Source: an uncultured Candidatus Saccharibacteria bacterium
GTDB taxonomy: Bacteria; Patescibacteriota; Minisyncoccia; Phycocordibacterales; DSPV01
NCBI GenBank assembly: GCA_964617735.1
Contig: CAZTXT010000001.1
Coordinates: 600,549 to 664,548 of the forward strand
Direction: 5' to 3'
Length of the DNA stretch: 64,000 bases
Shown: in pieces, positions 1 through 8,095 of the stretch
Layout of the letters: the number at the start of each line of letters is the position of its first letter
How positions within the stretch are numbered: the stretch's first letter is position 1
The notes under the pieces: model-generated
Database searches by the model: none
Seen by the model: the letters and a program-made list of their open reading frames with translations, nothing else
Told to the model about the DNA's origin: nothing
Translations under genes and position numbers: made by a program

Positions 1-1290
1 ATTCGCGCTCAAGGATCTTAGCGATAACGAAGGGGCGGAACAGCTCGAGCGCCATATGCTTGGGCAGACCGCACTGGTGTATTTTCAATTCAGGCCCCAC
101 GACGATGACCGAGCGTCCCGAATAATCGACTCGTTTTCCGAGCAGGTTCTGACGGAAGAGGCCTCGCTTGCCTTTAAGGTTGTCAGCAAGCGATTTGAGC
201 GGCCGGCGTTGAGCCTGGCTTAAAGTCGACATGATACTCGATCCGTGACGCAGGGAGTTGTCGAGCATCGCGTCCACGGCTTCTTGCAAAATGCGCTTTT
301 CATTGCGCAGGATCACTTCGGGCGCGTTGATCTCCTTGAGCTTGCGCAGACGATTGTTGCGATTGATGACCCGACGATAGAGGTCATTGATATCAGAGGT
401 GGCATAGCGACCGCCGTCGAGCGGAACCATGGGACGAAGTGCCGGCGGAATGACCGGTACACGCGTCAAGAACATCCACTCGGGACGCACGCCTGCTGAG
501 ACCATCGAGCGTAGGACGCTCAACCGCTTGTTGATCCGTTCACGTTCAATGCTTGAAACATCTTCATAGGCAGCCTCAAGCTTCTGTATCAGTGCATGCA
601 GGTCGAGGTCTTTGCAAATATTGTATATCGCCTCCGCGCCGATCCCCGCTTCGAACAACGGGCCGTATTTCATGGAGAAATTGTGATACGCGACCTCGTC
701 AAGCACGGCACCCGGTTTGATACCCTCGATCTCGCGTTTGGTATTCTGGAACATCTCCTTCAGGGCTTCTTTGGTCTTTTCGTCATGGACAGCTTTGACT
801 TTCGACTTGAATTCCGAATCCAGATCGCGCAGGATCTCACTGCGGGTCTCTTCGCTGACCGACGTTACGATGTAGCCGGCGAAATAAATAACTTTCTCAA
901 GGTCGTCGATCGACATTCCCAAAATGAGTCCGATACGTGACGGAGTGGAGCGCAAAAACCAGATGTGGCTGACGGGACTGGAGAGTTCGATATGTCCCAT
1001 GCGTTCGCGTCGAACGATGGATCGGGTAATCTCGACGCCGCATTTCTCGCAGACGATGCCTTTGTAGCGGATGCCGCGATACTTGCCGCAGTAACATTCA
1101 TAGTCCTTGTCGGGACCGAATATCTTCTCGTCGAAGAGCCCACTCTTTTCAGAGCGCTGGGTACGATAGTTGATCGTCTCGGGCTTCGTCACCTCCCCAT
1201 AAGACCACTCTTTGATGCGATCAGGGGAAGCGACCCGCAGGGTGATGGTGTCAAAATCAGTGACGACATGCTGTTTGTTGTTTTTTATCA
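1..1290 (-). CDS. rpoC: DNA-directed RNA polymerase subunit beta' (N-terminal part; gene runs off window start)
   Basis: Reverse-complement translation from ATG at 1288-1290 gives MIKNNKQ...[25 protein letters not shown]...NADFDGD-type beta' N-terminus (zinc-binding CX2C..CX2C, RPEWM motif), immediately downstream of rpoB on same strand; no stop before position 1. Confidence 0.9.
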
Positions 1291-1309
1291 TATTAGTGTT
1301 GATTGCTTC

Positions 1310-4300
1310 TTATTCCCTGCTGCGGCGTCGTGGGCGACCTTCGCTTTCGCGCCGGGGTCTGCTTTCCTTGACTTCCCCTCCGGTGGTTTTCTCAAGCCCG
1401 ATGTCGAGTGCGAGACCCCGCAGGTTATTGAGAAGAACGTTGAAGGACGCCGGTATATGAGATTGACTGATGTCGACCCCGCGCACGATCGAATCGAATG
1501 CAGCCGCGCGGCCGACGATGTCATCCGATTTTACGGTAAGCATTTCCCGAAGCGTATAGGCGACGCCATGCCCCAGAAGCGCCCAGACTTCCATCTCTCC
1601 GAATCGCTGGCCTCCGCCCTGCGCTTTGCCTCCCAGAGGCTGTTGGGTGATGAGCGAGTACGGTCCGATAGAGCGCATGTGGATCTTGTCTTCCACCATG
1701 TGATGCAATTTCATGATATACATGTAGCCCACTGCGACTTCCTGCTCGAACGGCTCCCCCGTTCGCCCATCCTGCAAGCGGATCTTCCCGCTTTCTGAAA
1801 ATCCCGCCGATTTCAGCTCCGATTTGATCTCGGCGTCAGTCGCGCCGGCGAACGGGGGCACGATCGCCTGATAACCGTGCGCATGTGCGGCAAGCCCGAG
1901 ATGCAATTCGAGGATCTGGCCTAGGTTCATACGAGAAGGAACGCCGAGAGGGGTCAAAATGACATCGATGGGACGGCCATCGGGCATAAACGGCATATCC
2001 TCTTCCGGCAGTATCTTGCTGATGACGCCTTTATTTCCGTGTCGGCCGGCCAGCTTGTCTCCAACTGAGACATTGCGGATCTCGGCGACTTCGATATGGA
2101 TGCGCTTAATGATGCCGGACTCAAGTTTGTCGCCCTGTTCGCGCGAAAATACCTTCACACCGATGATGCGCCCGCGCTTTCCGTTCTCCATGCGCTTGCT
2201 CGTATCCTTCACATCGCGCGCTTTCTCGCCGAAAAGGCTGCGCAAAAGCCGCTCTTCGGGAGTCAGCTGCGTTTCTCCTTTCGGAGTTATCTTGCCGACC
2301 AATATGTCTCCGGGGCGCACTTCCGCACCGATGCGAACGACTCCGTCTTCATCGAGGTTGCGCAATTTAACTTCACCGACGTTGGGAATATCATGAGTCG
2401 TGATCTCGGGACCGAGCTTGGTGTCGCGGACATTGACCACGAACTCTTCGATGTGGATGGATGCGAACCGACTCTCGCGCACCAGACGTTCAGAGAGGAT
2501 GATCGCGTCCTCATAGTTGGCTCCGGACCAGGACATGAAGGCGATGAGGACGTTCTGTCCCAAGGCCATCTCTCCGCGATCAGACGAAGAAGTATCGGCA
2601 AGTACATCACCTTTCTTGACTTTGTCGCCGACATTGACCGATGGACGCTGATGGAACATCGTAAAACCGTTGGTTCGGGAGAAATTGACGAGCGCATAGG
2701 TATGCTCCTTGCTTCTGCCTTTGATCATTATTCTGCGGGCATCCACGAAGCTCACCGTGCCGTCTTCCTGTGCGATGACGACCCGGCCGGTGTCCGCGGC
2801 GGCCTTCCGTTCGATGCCAGTCGCAACCAAGGGAGCCTCGGGAATGAGGCAGGGCGTCGCCTGCTTCTGCATATTTGAACCCATGAGTGCACGGTTCGCG
2901 TCATCATGATTGAGGAATGGGATCATCGAAGTCGCGATCGAGAATGCTTGGTTGGTAGCGACATCGATGTACTGGACTTCATCCTTGCGTACCACGCCCG
3001 GCTTTCCCGACGTGCGCACCTCGACGGTCTCCTCCGAAATGTTGCCCTCGCCGTCATACTGCGTCGCTGCGTGAGCGATATGGAAATTTTCCTCCTCGAG
3101 AGCGTTGAGATACTCGATCTCACCGGTGACTTTTCCGTTTTTCACTTTGGCATACGGCGTCTCGATCATGCCGAATTCGTTTATCTTCGCGTAGGTCGCG
3201 AGGCGCAAAATGAGTCCGATGTTGGGACCTTCGGGAGTATGAATAGGGCAGAGGCGTCCGTAGTGGGACGGATGCACGTCGCGCACTTCAAAGCCGGCGC
3301 GCTCGCGCGTGAGGCCTCCGGGACCAAGAGCCGAGAGGGTACGCAGATGCTCAAGTTCCGCCAAAATATTCTCCTGCGCCATGAACTGGGAGAGCTGGTT
3401 GGTCGTGAAGAATTCCTTAATGCGGGCCTGCAGAGGCTTGGGCGAAATGAATTGCACTGGCATCGTAACATCCGAATCGATCGTAGACATACGGTCCTGT
3501 ATATTGCGCTTGATCTGTGACATACCAACGCGGATCTTCTGTTGGAGGAGCTCACCCACGAACCGCACGCGGCGGCTTCCCAAATGGTCGATGTCGTCGT
3601 CCGTTGCGCCCGGCGTGTTGTTGAGGCCTGCGACGTGCGCAATGATGAGCACCAGATCGTCGAACGAAATGATGCGTTTTGCAAGGTCCTTTTCTTCGAG
3701 CGGCAGACTGAAGCGTTTATTGAGCTTGAACCGCCCCACCTTAGAAAGATCGTAACGGGCGGGATTGAAAATACTATTGATGAACTCCTTCGCGTTCTCT
3801 ACCGAACCGATCTCTCCATCGCGCAGGCGTTTGTGTATCTCGATGTACGATTCGTCGTTCGTTTTCGCATGATCTTTGGCAAAAGCAGTCTCGAGGTACT
3901 GTTTCGCGAATGGATATTTCTCGAAGGCATGCAGGATCTCCTTGTCAGACTTACCCGAAACCACCCGCAAAAGCGACGAGATGGGGAATTTCCGCTTGCG
4001 GTCGATGCGAACGTAGATGGCGCCGTCTGCCTCGGTTTCGATCTCTATCCAAACTCCTCGCGAAGGGATGATCTTCGCACCAAAATATATCTTATCTTTT
4101 ATCTCCGAGCTCGTGAAAAACACCCCGAAACTTCGCGCCAGCTGAGGAACGATGACGCGCTCGATGCCCGAGATGATGAAGGTTCCGTGCGAGGTCATCA
4201 GCGGGAAATCGGCCATGAATATCTCCTGCTCTTTGACCGTTCCGAGCGTTTTATTTTTCAGGCGCACCGTCATTTTCAGTGGTGCCTCATAGGAGAGTTT

Positions 4301-4555
4301 GTTGTCCTTGGCGTAGTATTCGTCGTATTTCGCCTCGGCAACGGTAAAACCGCTGATCTCCAGCTCGAATTTCTTCTCCGAATAGTCCTTGATCGGAGAA
4401 AATTCTTTGAACACCTCGACAAGACCCTTATCCAAGAGCCATTTGAACGACGCAACCTGCGCCTCGACCAGATCAGGCAGAGGCGAAAGCGACTCCTTGA
4501 AGTGTCCGAAGTATTTTTTGGGCCAAGCGACTTTAGTCGCAGTGGATGACGACAT
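1310..4555 (-). CDS. rpoB: DNA-directed RNA polymerase subunit beta
   Basis: 1081-aa ORF with canonical RpoB motifs (FGEMEVWAL, GRHGNKGV, SRMNLGQ) upstream of rpoC. Confidence 0.97.
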   Translation of the reverse strand: MSSSTATKVAWPKKYFGHFKESLSPLPDLVEAQVASFKWLLDKGLVEVFKEFSPIKDYSEKKFELEISGFTVAEAKYDEYYAKDNKLSYEAPLKMTVRLKNKTLGTVKEQEIFMADFPLMTSHGTFIISGIERVIVPQLARSFGVFFTSSEIKDKIYFGAKIIPSRGVWIEIETEADGAIYVRIDRKRKFPISSLLRVVSGKSDKEILHAFEKYPFAKQYLETAFAKDHAKTNDESYIEIHKRLRDGEIGSVENAKEFINSIFNPARYDLSKVGRFKLNKRFSLPLEEKDLAKRIISFDDLVLIIAHVAGLNNTPGATDDDIDHLGSRRVRFVGELLQQKIRVGMSQIKRNIQDRMSTIDSDVTMPVQFISPKPLQARIKEFFTTNQLSQFMAQENILAELEHLRTLSALGPGGLTRERAGFEVRDVHPSHYGRLCPIHTPEGPNIGLILRLATYAKINEFGMIETPYAKVKNGKVTGEIEYLNALEEENFHIAHAATQYDGEGNISEETVEVRTSGKPGVVRKDEVQYIDVATNQAFSIATSMIPFLNHDDANRALMGSNMQKQATPCLIPEAPLVATGIERKAAADTGRVVIAQEDGTVSFVDARRIMIKGRSKEHTYALVNFSRTNGFTMFHQRPSVNVGDKVKKGDVLADTSSSDRGEMALGQNVLIAFMSWSGANYEDAIILSERLVRESRFASIHIEEFVVNVRDTKLGPEITTHDIPNVGEVKLRNLDEDGVVRIGAEVRPGDILVGKITPKGETQLTPEERLLRSLFGEKARDVKDTSKRMENGKRGRIIGVKVFSREQGDKLESGIIKRIHIEVAEIRNVSVGDKLAGRHGNKGVISKILPEEDMPFMPDGRPIDVILTPLGVPSRMNLGQILELHLGLAAHAHGYQAIVPPFAGATDAEIKSELKSAGFSESGKIRLQDGRTGEPFEQEVAVGYMYIMKLHHMVEDKIHMRSIGPYSLITQQPLGGKAQGGGQRFGEMEVWALLGHGVAYTLREMLTVKSDDIVGRAAAFDSIVRGVDISQSHIPASFNVLLNNLRGLALDIGLEKTTGGEVKESRPRRESEGRPRRRSRE

Positions 4556-4611
4556 ACGCGTATGGATTTAACCTTATTAAAATATCCCCGCCTTTCCCAC
4601 TCCGATTCTTT

Positions 4612-4645
4612 ACACAAACGAAAACGAATCCGTCAGCTGACGGAC
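4612..4645 (-). terminator. Hairpin (perfect palindrome TCCGTCAGCTGACGGA) followed on minus strand by U-rich tract; likely trmD-operon terminator
   Basis: 16-bp perfect palindrome 4629-4644 with downstream (minus-sense) TTCGTTTTCGTTTGTG. Confidence 0.45.
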
Positions 4646-4803
4646 TCTCTATATTTGGGTTTGTTATTGGGTAAGCAAGAAGCGGATTTAAAGCCTTAAG
4701 CTTAAAGCGACTTTCCCCAAAAACTCAATCTTGCTCGCGCAGGAGAAGCCTATACCAAAGCTTTAGTTCTGTCAAGCGTCTGCTGAAATCAGGATGAATC
4801 TGC

Positions 4804-5454
4804 CTATTTACCCTTATGGTGAGCCCTCCATTGACTGATGCGCGCATGATGGCCGGTGAGGAGGATTTTCGGGACGCGATACTGTTTCTTTTTATAGACG
4901 AATACTTCAGGACGCGTATAGACTTCGTGTGACGAGATGCGTCGCTCTTCCACTGAATCGAAGTTACCGAGCACACCCTCAATCTGTCGTGACAGCGCGT
5001 CGACAAAGACCATCGCCGGCAATTCCCCACCGGTCAGCACATACGGCCCGACGGAAAGCTCTTCCGCTTTGAATATCTTTTTGACGCGGGCATCCACGCC
5101 CTCATATCTGCCACAGACCAGAATGATATCTTTGCCTGATGAGAACTTCTTCGCCGATGCATTAGTGAACTCTTTCCCGCCCGCGGAGAAAATGATGATC
5201 TTCGGCTTCTTTGTTTTTGATTTCCGTATCGCCGCTTCGATCGCTTTCACCAGCGACGGAGCTTCCAAGACCATCCCGGGACCGCCGCCATACGGCCTCC
5301 GGTCCACCCGTGCCCACTTGTCTTTCGTATAGTCGCGAGGATTATAAAACTTCACCGCGATCTTTTTCTCGCGTATCGCGCGCGCGATGATGGATTCGCC
5401 CAAATAGGACTTGAATGCGCCGGGGAAGAGCGTGATGACATGGAATGTAAGCAT
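4804..5454 (-). CDS. trmD: tRNA (guanine37-N1)-methyltransferase
   Basis: 216 aa, MLTFHVITLFP...GGGPGMV...SxGGELPAMV SPOUT-knot TrmD signature. Confidence 0.95.
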   Translation of the reverse strand: MLTFHVITLFPGAFKSYLGESIIARAIREKKIAVKFYNPRDYTKDKWARVDRRPYGGGPGMVLEAPSLVKAIEAAIRKSKTKKPKIIIFSAGGKEFTNASAKKFSSGKDIILVCGRYEGVDARVKKIFKAEELSVGPYVLTGGELPAMVFVDALSRQIEGVLGNFDSVEERRISSHEVYTRPEVFVYKKKQYRVPKILLTGHHARISQWRAHHKGK

Positions 5455-5576
5455 ACGGGTAGCTTACTGTGCTCTTAAGGATTTGAAAAGCCTTTTCACG
5501 AGCACACAAAAACCGCCTTGGCCAAACCGCGTGGTTCTAGGCCGGCGGTTTTTGTGTGCGCTTTCGCGCAGAGAAA

Positions 5577-5891
5577 TTAGAGCTTCAAATCTGCCATCGC
5601 TTCGTCTACGGTCTTCGTCGCTCGCTCGCGCGGCATCGCGGAGCCTTCCGGCTCGTTGATCTTTAGGTTGACGCGGGCGTTGTTCTTCATGCCCACGACA
5701 CGCAAGAGCGTGCGGATTGCCTTCGCGGTGTTCCCCATGCGGCCGATCACCTTTCCCATATCAGCCGGATTGATGGAGAGCTTCAAAAGCACACCCATCT
5801 CGTCTACCGTCCGCTCGATCTTTACATCGTTCGGATTGTCGACGAGAGACTTGACGACGAATTCCAGAAACTGGACATCCTGTTCGTTCAT
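5577..5891 (-). CDS. khpA: KH-domain RNA-binding protein (KhpA/YlqC, UPF0109)
   Basis: 104 aa with GxxG KH motif (VIGRMGNTAKAIRTLL); in rpsP-trmD neighbourhood. Confidence 0.85.
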   Translation of the reverse strand: MNEQDVQFLEFVVKSLVDNPNDVKIERTVDEMGVLLKLSINPADMGKVIGRMGNTAKAIRTLLRVVGMKNNARVNLKINEPEGSAMPRERATKTVDEAMADLKL

Positions 5892-6005
5892 GGATTTCTT
5901 CGATTCACTCGTAATGAAATACTGCAGCTCGACCGATCCTGTTTTACCCGAGCACCCAAAGTGCTTTTGGGTTTACTGCTGAAAGGCAATATAGCATGTT
6001 TCTAT

Positions 6006-6043
6006 AAAAAAACAACCAGCGACTGTATGTGTACGTCGCTGGG
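6006..6043 (-). terminator. Rho-independent terminator downstream of 6055-6378 gene
   Basis: Stem CCAGCGAC/GTCGCTGG with minus-sense trailing TTGTTTTTTT. Confidence 0.55.
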
Positions 6044-6054
6044 TTTGCACTCAA

Positions 6055-6378
6055 TCACAGGGCTTCCGCCCGCATTCTTTCGATTTGGACGAGAACATCC
6101 TCAAGCGCCCCTTCGGCTTTAATCGACGCAACCCCAAGATCGATCAGAGCCTTTCCGGTTGCAGCGGGTATCTCCACGACAACCCGCCGCTGGTAATTCC
6201 GCGCCTCATCACCCGTCAGCAGTCGCGGAACTCCGTTGTGTCCTTCTATGAACATAAAGGGAGGATCGTCAAAGCCGATAGCAATTTGCGCGCCCTCCGT
6301 TTTCTGCTCGACATGAGTGTGGTCATTCGATCCTAGAGAGCACTTTTCGTAGATCCACGCTTCCATGGTCCCATTCAT
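6055..6378 (-). CDS. Hypothetical protein (107 aa) inserted between rpsP and KH gene where rimM is normally found
   Basis: Intact ORF with own downstream terminator; no recognisable domain from sequence. Confidence 0.5.
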   Translation of the reverse strand: MNGTMEAWIYEKCSLGSNDHTHVEQKTEGAQIAIGFDDPPFMFIEGHNGVPRLLTGDEARNYQRRVVVEIPAATGKALIDLGVASIKAEGALEDVLVQIERMRAEAL

Positions 6379-6460
6379 TCGTATTCCTTTCTTTTTATAA
6401 CCGCACCGAGGCGGTTATGTTTGATCCGGTACGTTTCCTCGAAAATAGTACTCGGCAATA

Positions 6461-6499
6461 TAAAAAACGCAATCCCCGTCTCGTAGAGACAGGGATTGT
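6461..6499 (-). terminator. Rho-independent terminator after rpsP
   Basis: Stem CAATCCCCGTCTC/GACAGGGATTG; A-run precedes on plus strand (U-run follows on minus transcript). Confidence 0.55.
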
Positions 6500-6510
6500 G
6501 GCTCGAATCT

Positions 6511-6909
6511 CTATTTCGCTTCTGCGGCTGGGGCTTCTTGAGGTGTTTCAGCTTTTGTTTCTGCGGAGTCGGCTGCAGTGGCCGGGGCTGCTGTAGCAGG
6601 CACAGCTTCTTCTTTCTTTTCCGCTTCTTTCTTTATCGGGCGCTTTTTGGGAAGGGCGTTCACCTTCTTGCCAGAGACAATCTTCTTCTCCACAAGGAAA
6701 TTATGTAAGGTATCGGTCGGCTTGGCGCCCACGGACATCCAGTATTTTATACGGTCTTCCTTGATAGTCTTTACATCGTTGACCGGATCATAGGATCCGA
6801 GGACTTCTTTGTATTTGCCGCTTTTGGTTGAGTTGCGCGATTCGGTCAGCACGATACGGAACACCGGAATGTTCTTTCTTCCCACCCGCTGTAATCTGAT
6901 TTTAAGCAT
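6511..6909 (-). CDS. rpsP: 30S ribosomal protein S16 with Lys/Ala/Glu-rich C-terminal extension
   Basis: Internal Met start MLKIRLQRVGRKNIPVFRIV... typical S16; longer ORF-track start (6993) is an upstream extension. Confidence 0.9.
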   Translation of the reverse strand: MLKIRLQRVGRKNIPVFRIVLTESRNSTKSGKYKEVLGSYDPVNDVKTIKEDRIKYWMSVGAKPTDTLHNFLVEKKIVSGKKVNALPKKRPIKKEAEKKEEAVPATAAPATAADSAETKAETPQEAPAAEAK

Positions 6910-6987
6910 GCGGGCTATGCTAACAGAAGTTCTCTTGTTTGACAAGAGAACTATTAGAGCATAAATTCGAGGAGAGAAAGGATTTAT

Positions 6988-7524
6988 ATGCACATTGCAA
7001 AAGGCCAGTGGCGGTTAATCATTGCACTGCCAGAATATGGCATCGTGCTCAAATTACCTCGCATCAGACTATATTGGGCTTTGAGGGGTCTACCAAACTA
7101 TGTAAAATCCTACAAAATCTGGAGAAAGGTCACACTACAAAATAGAACCCTCATCACTCCTATCGGATGTCTTCTGCGCGGACTAATGGAAAATTGGAGC
7201 GAGCGCCGGTTCTACAGGCAAACGAAACACCGCTTTCTGCAGCCGACCTTATTCTCGTTTTTCGGCTTTATGAACATTCAGCGATATGGGAAACCTCTCA
7301 ATGGGATTGGTTCTCTGATCGCCAACTACTTTTGGGATATATCCAAATCTGGAGAAGGAATCCGTAACGACGGACATCACTTCATGAATTCCCAAAATTT
7401 CACGAAGGATTTTTCAGGTAAGCTCCGGATGTTGGATTATGGGTTCAAAACGACCCAAGAGATAATCAGAAAGTATGGAGAACGATTGCAGGATGAGTTC
7501 GTCTTCCCAGCTGGGAATTGTTGA
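6988..7524 (+). CDS. Hypothetical protein (178 aa) in AT-rich island
   Basis: ORF in locally low-GC segment followed by strong intrinsic terminator; weak kinase-like features (GIVLK, LDYG) only. Confidence 0.5.
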   Translation: MHIAKGQWRLIIALPEYGIVLKLPRIRLYWALRGLPNYVKSYKIWRKVTLQNRTLITPIGCLLRGLMENWSERRFYRQTKHRFLQPTLFSFFGFMNIQRYGKPLNGIGSLIANYFWDISKSGEGIRNDGHHFMNSQNFTKDFSGKLRMLDYGFKTTQEIIRKYGERLQDEFVFPAGNC

Positions 7525-7527
7525 GCA

Positions 7528-7560
7528 AAGGCAGGGTCTGATCCCTGCCTTTTTTATTTT
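7528..7560 (+). terminator. Rho-independent terminator
   Basis: GGCAGGG-TCTGAT-CCCTGCC followed by TTTTTTATTTT. Confidence 0.8.
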
Positions 7561-7594
7561 TCTGAATTGACAATCCTACAGTCAGAGGATAGGT

Positions 7595-8050
7595 TTGGAG
7601 CAGAAAGGAAAGAACATTGAATGTATGAAGCAGTCTAAACGAGAGCTAAAACGTAAGCTCATGGAATGTTTGGTAGGTGGTTTGTCCATGAAATATTTTC
7701 AAGCGGGCGAGATAGACAGTCTCGACGATATGTCTCAATATGTCCGGTTTCTTGATTCTGTCACAACGCGCGAGGAGCTTGTCGAAGGGTTAAGAGAACT
7801 AAGCCCGTTCGCTGACGACGCGCTAGCGGCCGCAGAGCGGATGACGCCTGAAGAATTCTCCGACTTTAAGATGAGACTCTCTCTCGAACGGAAGGGTGAG
7901 GACAGCGAAATGCCTCTGGCCTTTACCCCGATCCTGCTTCCCGACCGGTTTTTACCGGCCATATCTCTGGCGCAAAAAGCCGCGGCACCTTTAGGGACCA
8001 CGCTAGTCAGGTTACTTGAGCATGAGCTCGGGATAAGCTTACGCTCATAA
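7595..8050 (+). CDS. Hypothetical protein (151 aa) in AT-rich island
   Basis: ORF followed by terminator hairpin 8060-8095. Confidence 0.5.
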   Translation: MEQKGKNIECMKQSKRELKRKLMECLVGGLSMKYFQAGEIDSLDDMSQYVRFLDSVTTREELVEGLRELSPFADDALAAAERMTPEEFSDFKMRLSLERKGEDSEMPLAFTPILLPDRFLPAISLAQKAAAPLGTTLVRLLEHELGISLRS

Positions 8051-8059
8051 ACACCACAG

Positions 8060-8095
8060 AACCGATTGAGTGAATTTCAATCGGTTTTTATTTTG
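8060..8095 (+). terminator. Rho-independent terminator (AACCGATTGA..TCAATCGGTT + T-run), convergent with smc stop
   Basis: 10-bp stem and TTTTTATTTT. Confidence 0.75.

Noticed and set aside
245-4549. Multiple plus-strand ORFs (245-499, 596-940, 965-1798, 2096-2878, 2906-3520, 3542-4549) opposite rpoC/rpoB
   Set aside because: They lie antisense to highly conserved RNAP genes in GC-rich DNA, where stop-codon-poor shadow frames are expected. Their translations are low-complexity or Arg-rich with no motifs.
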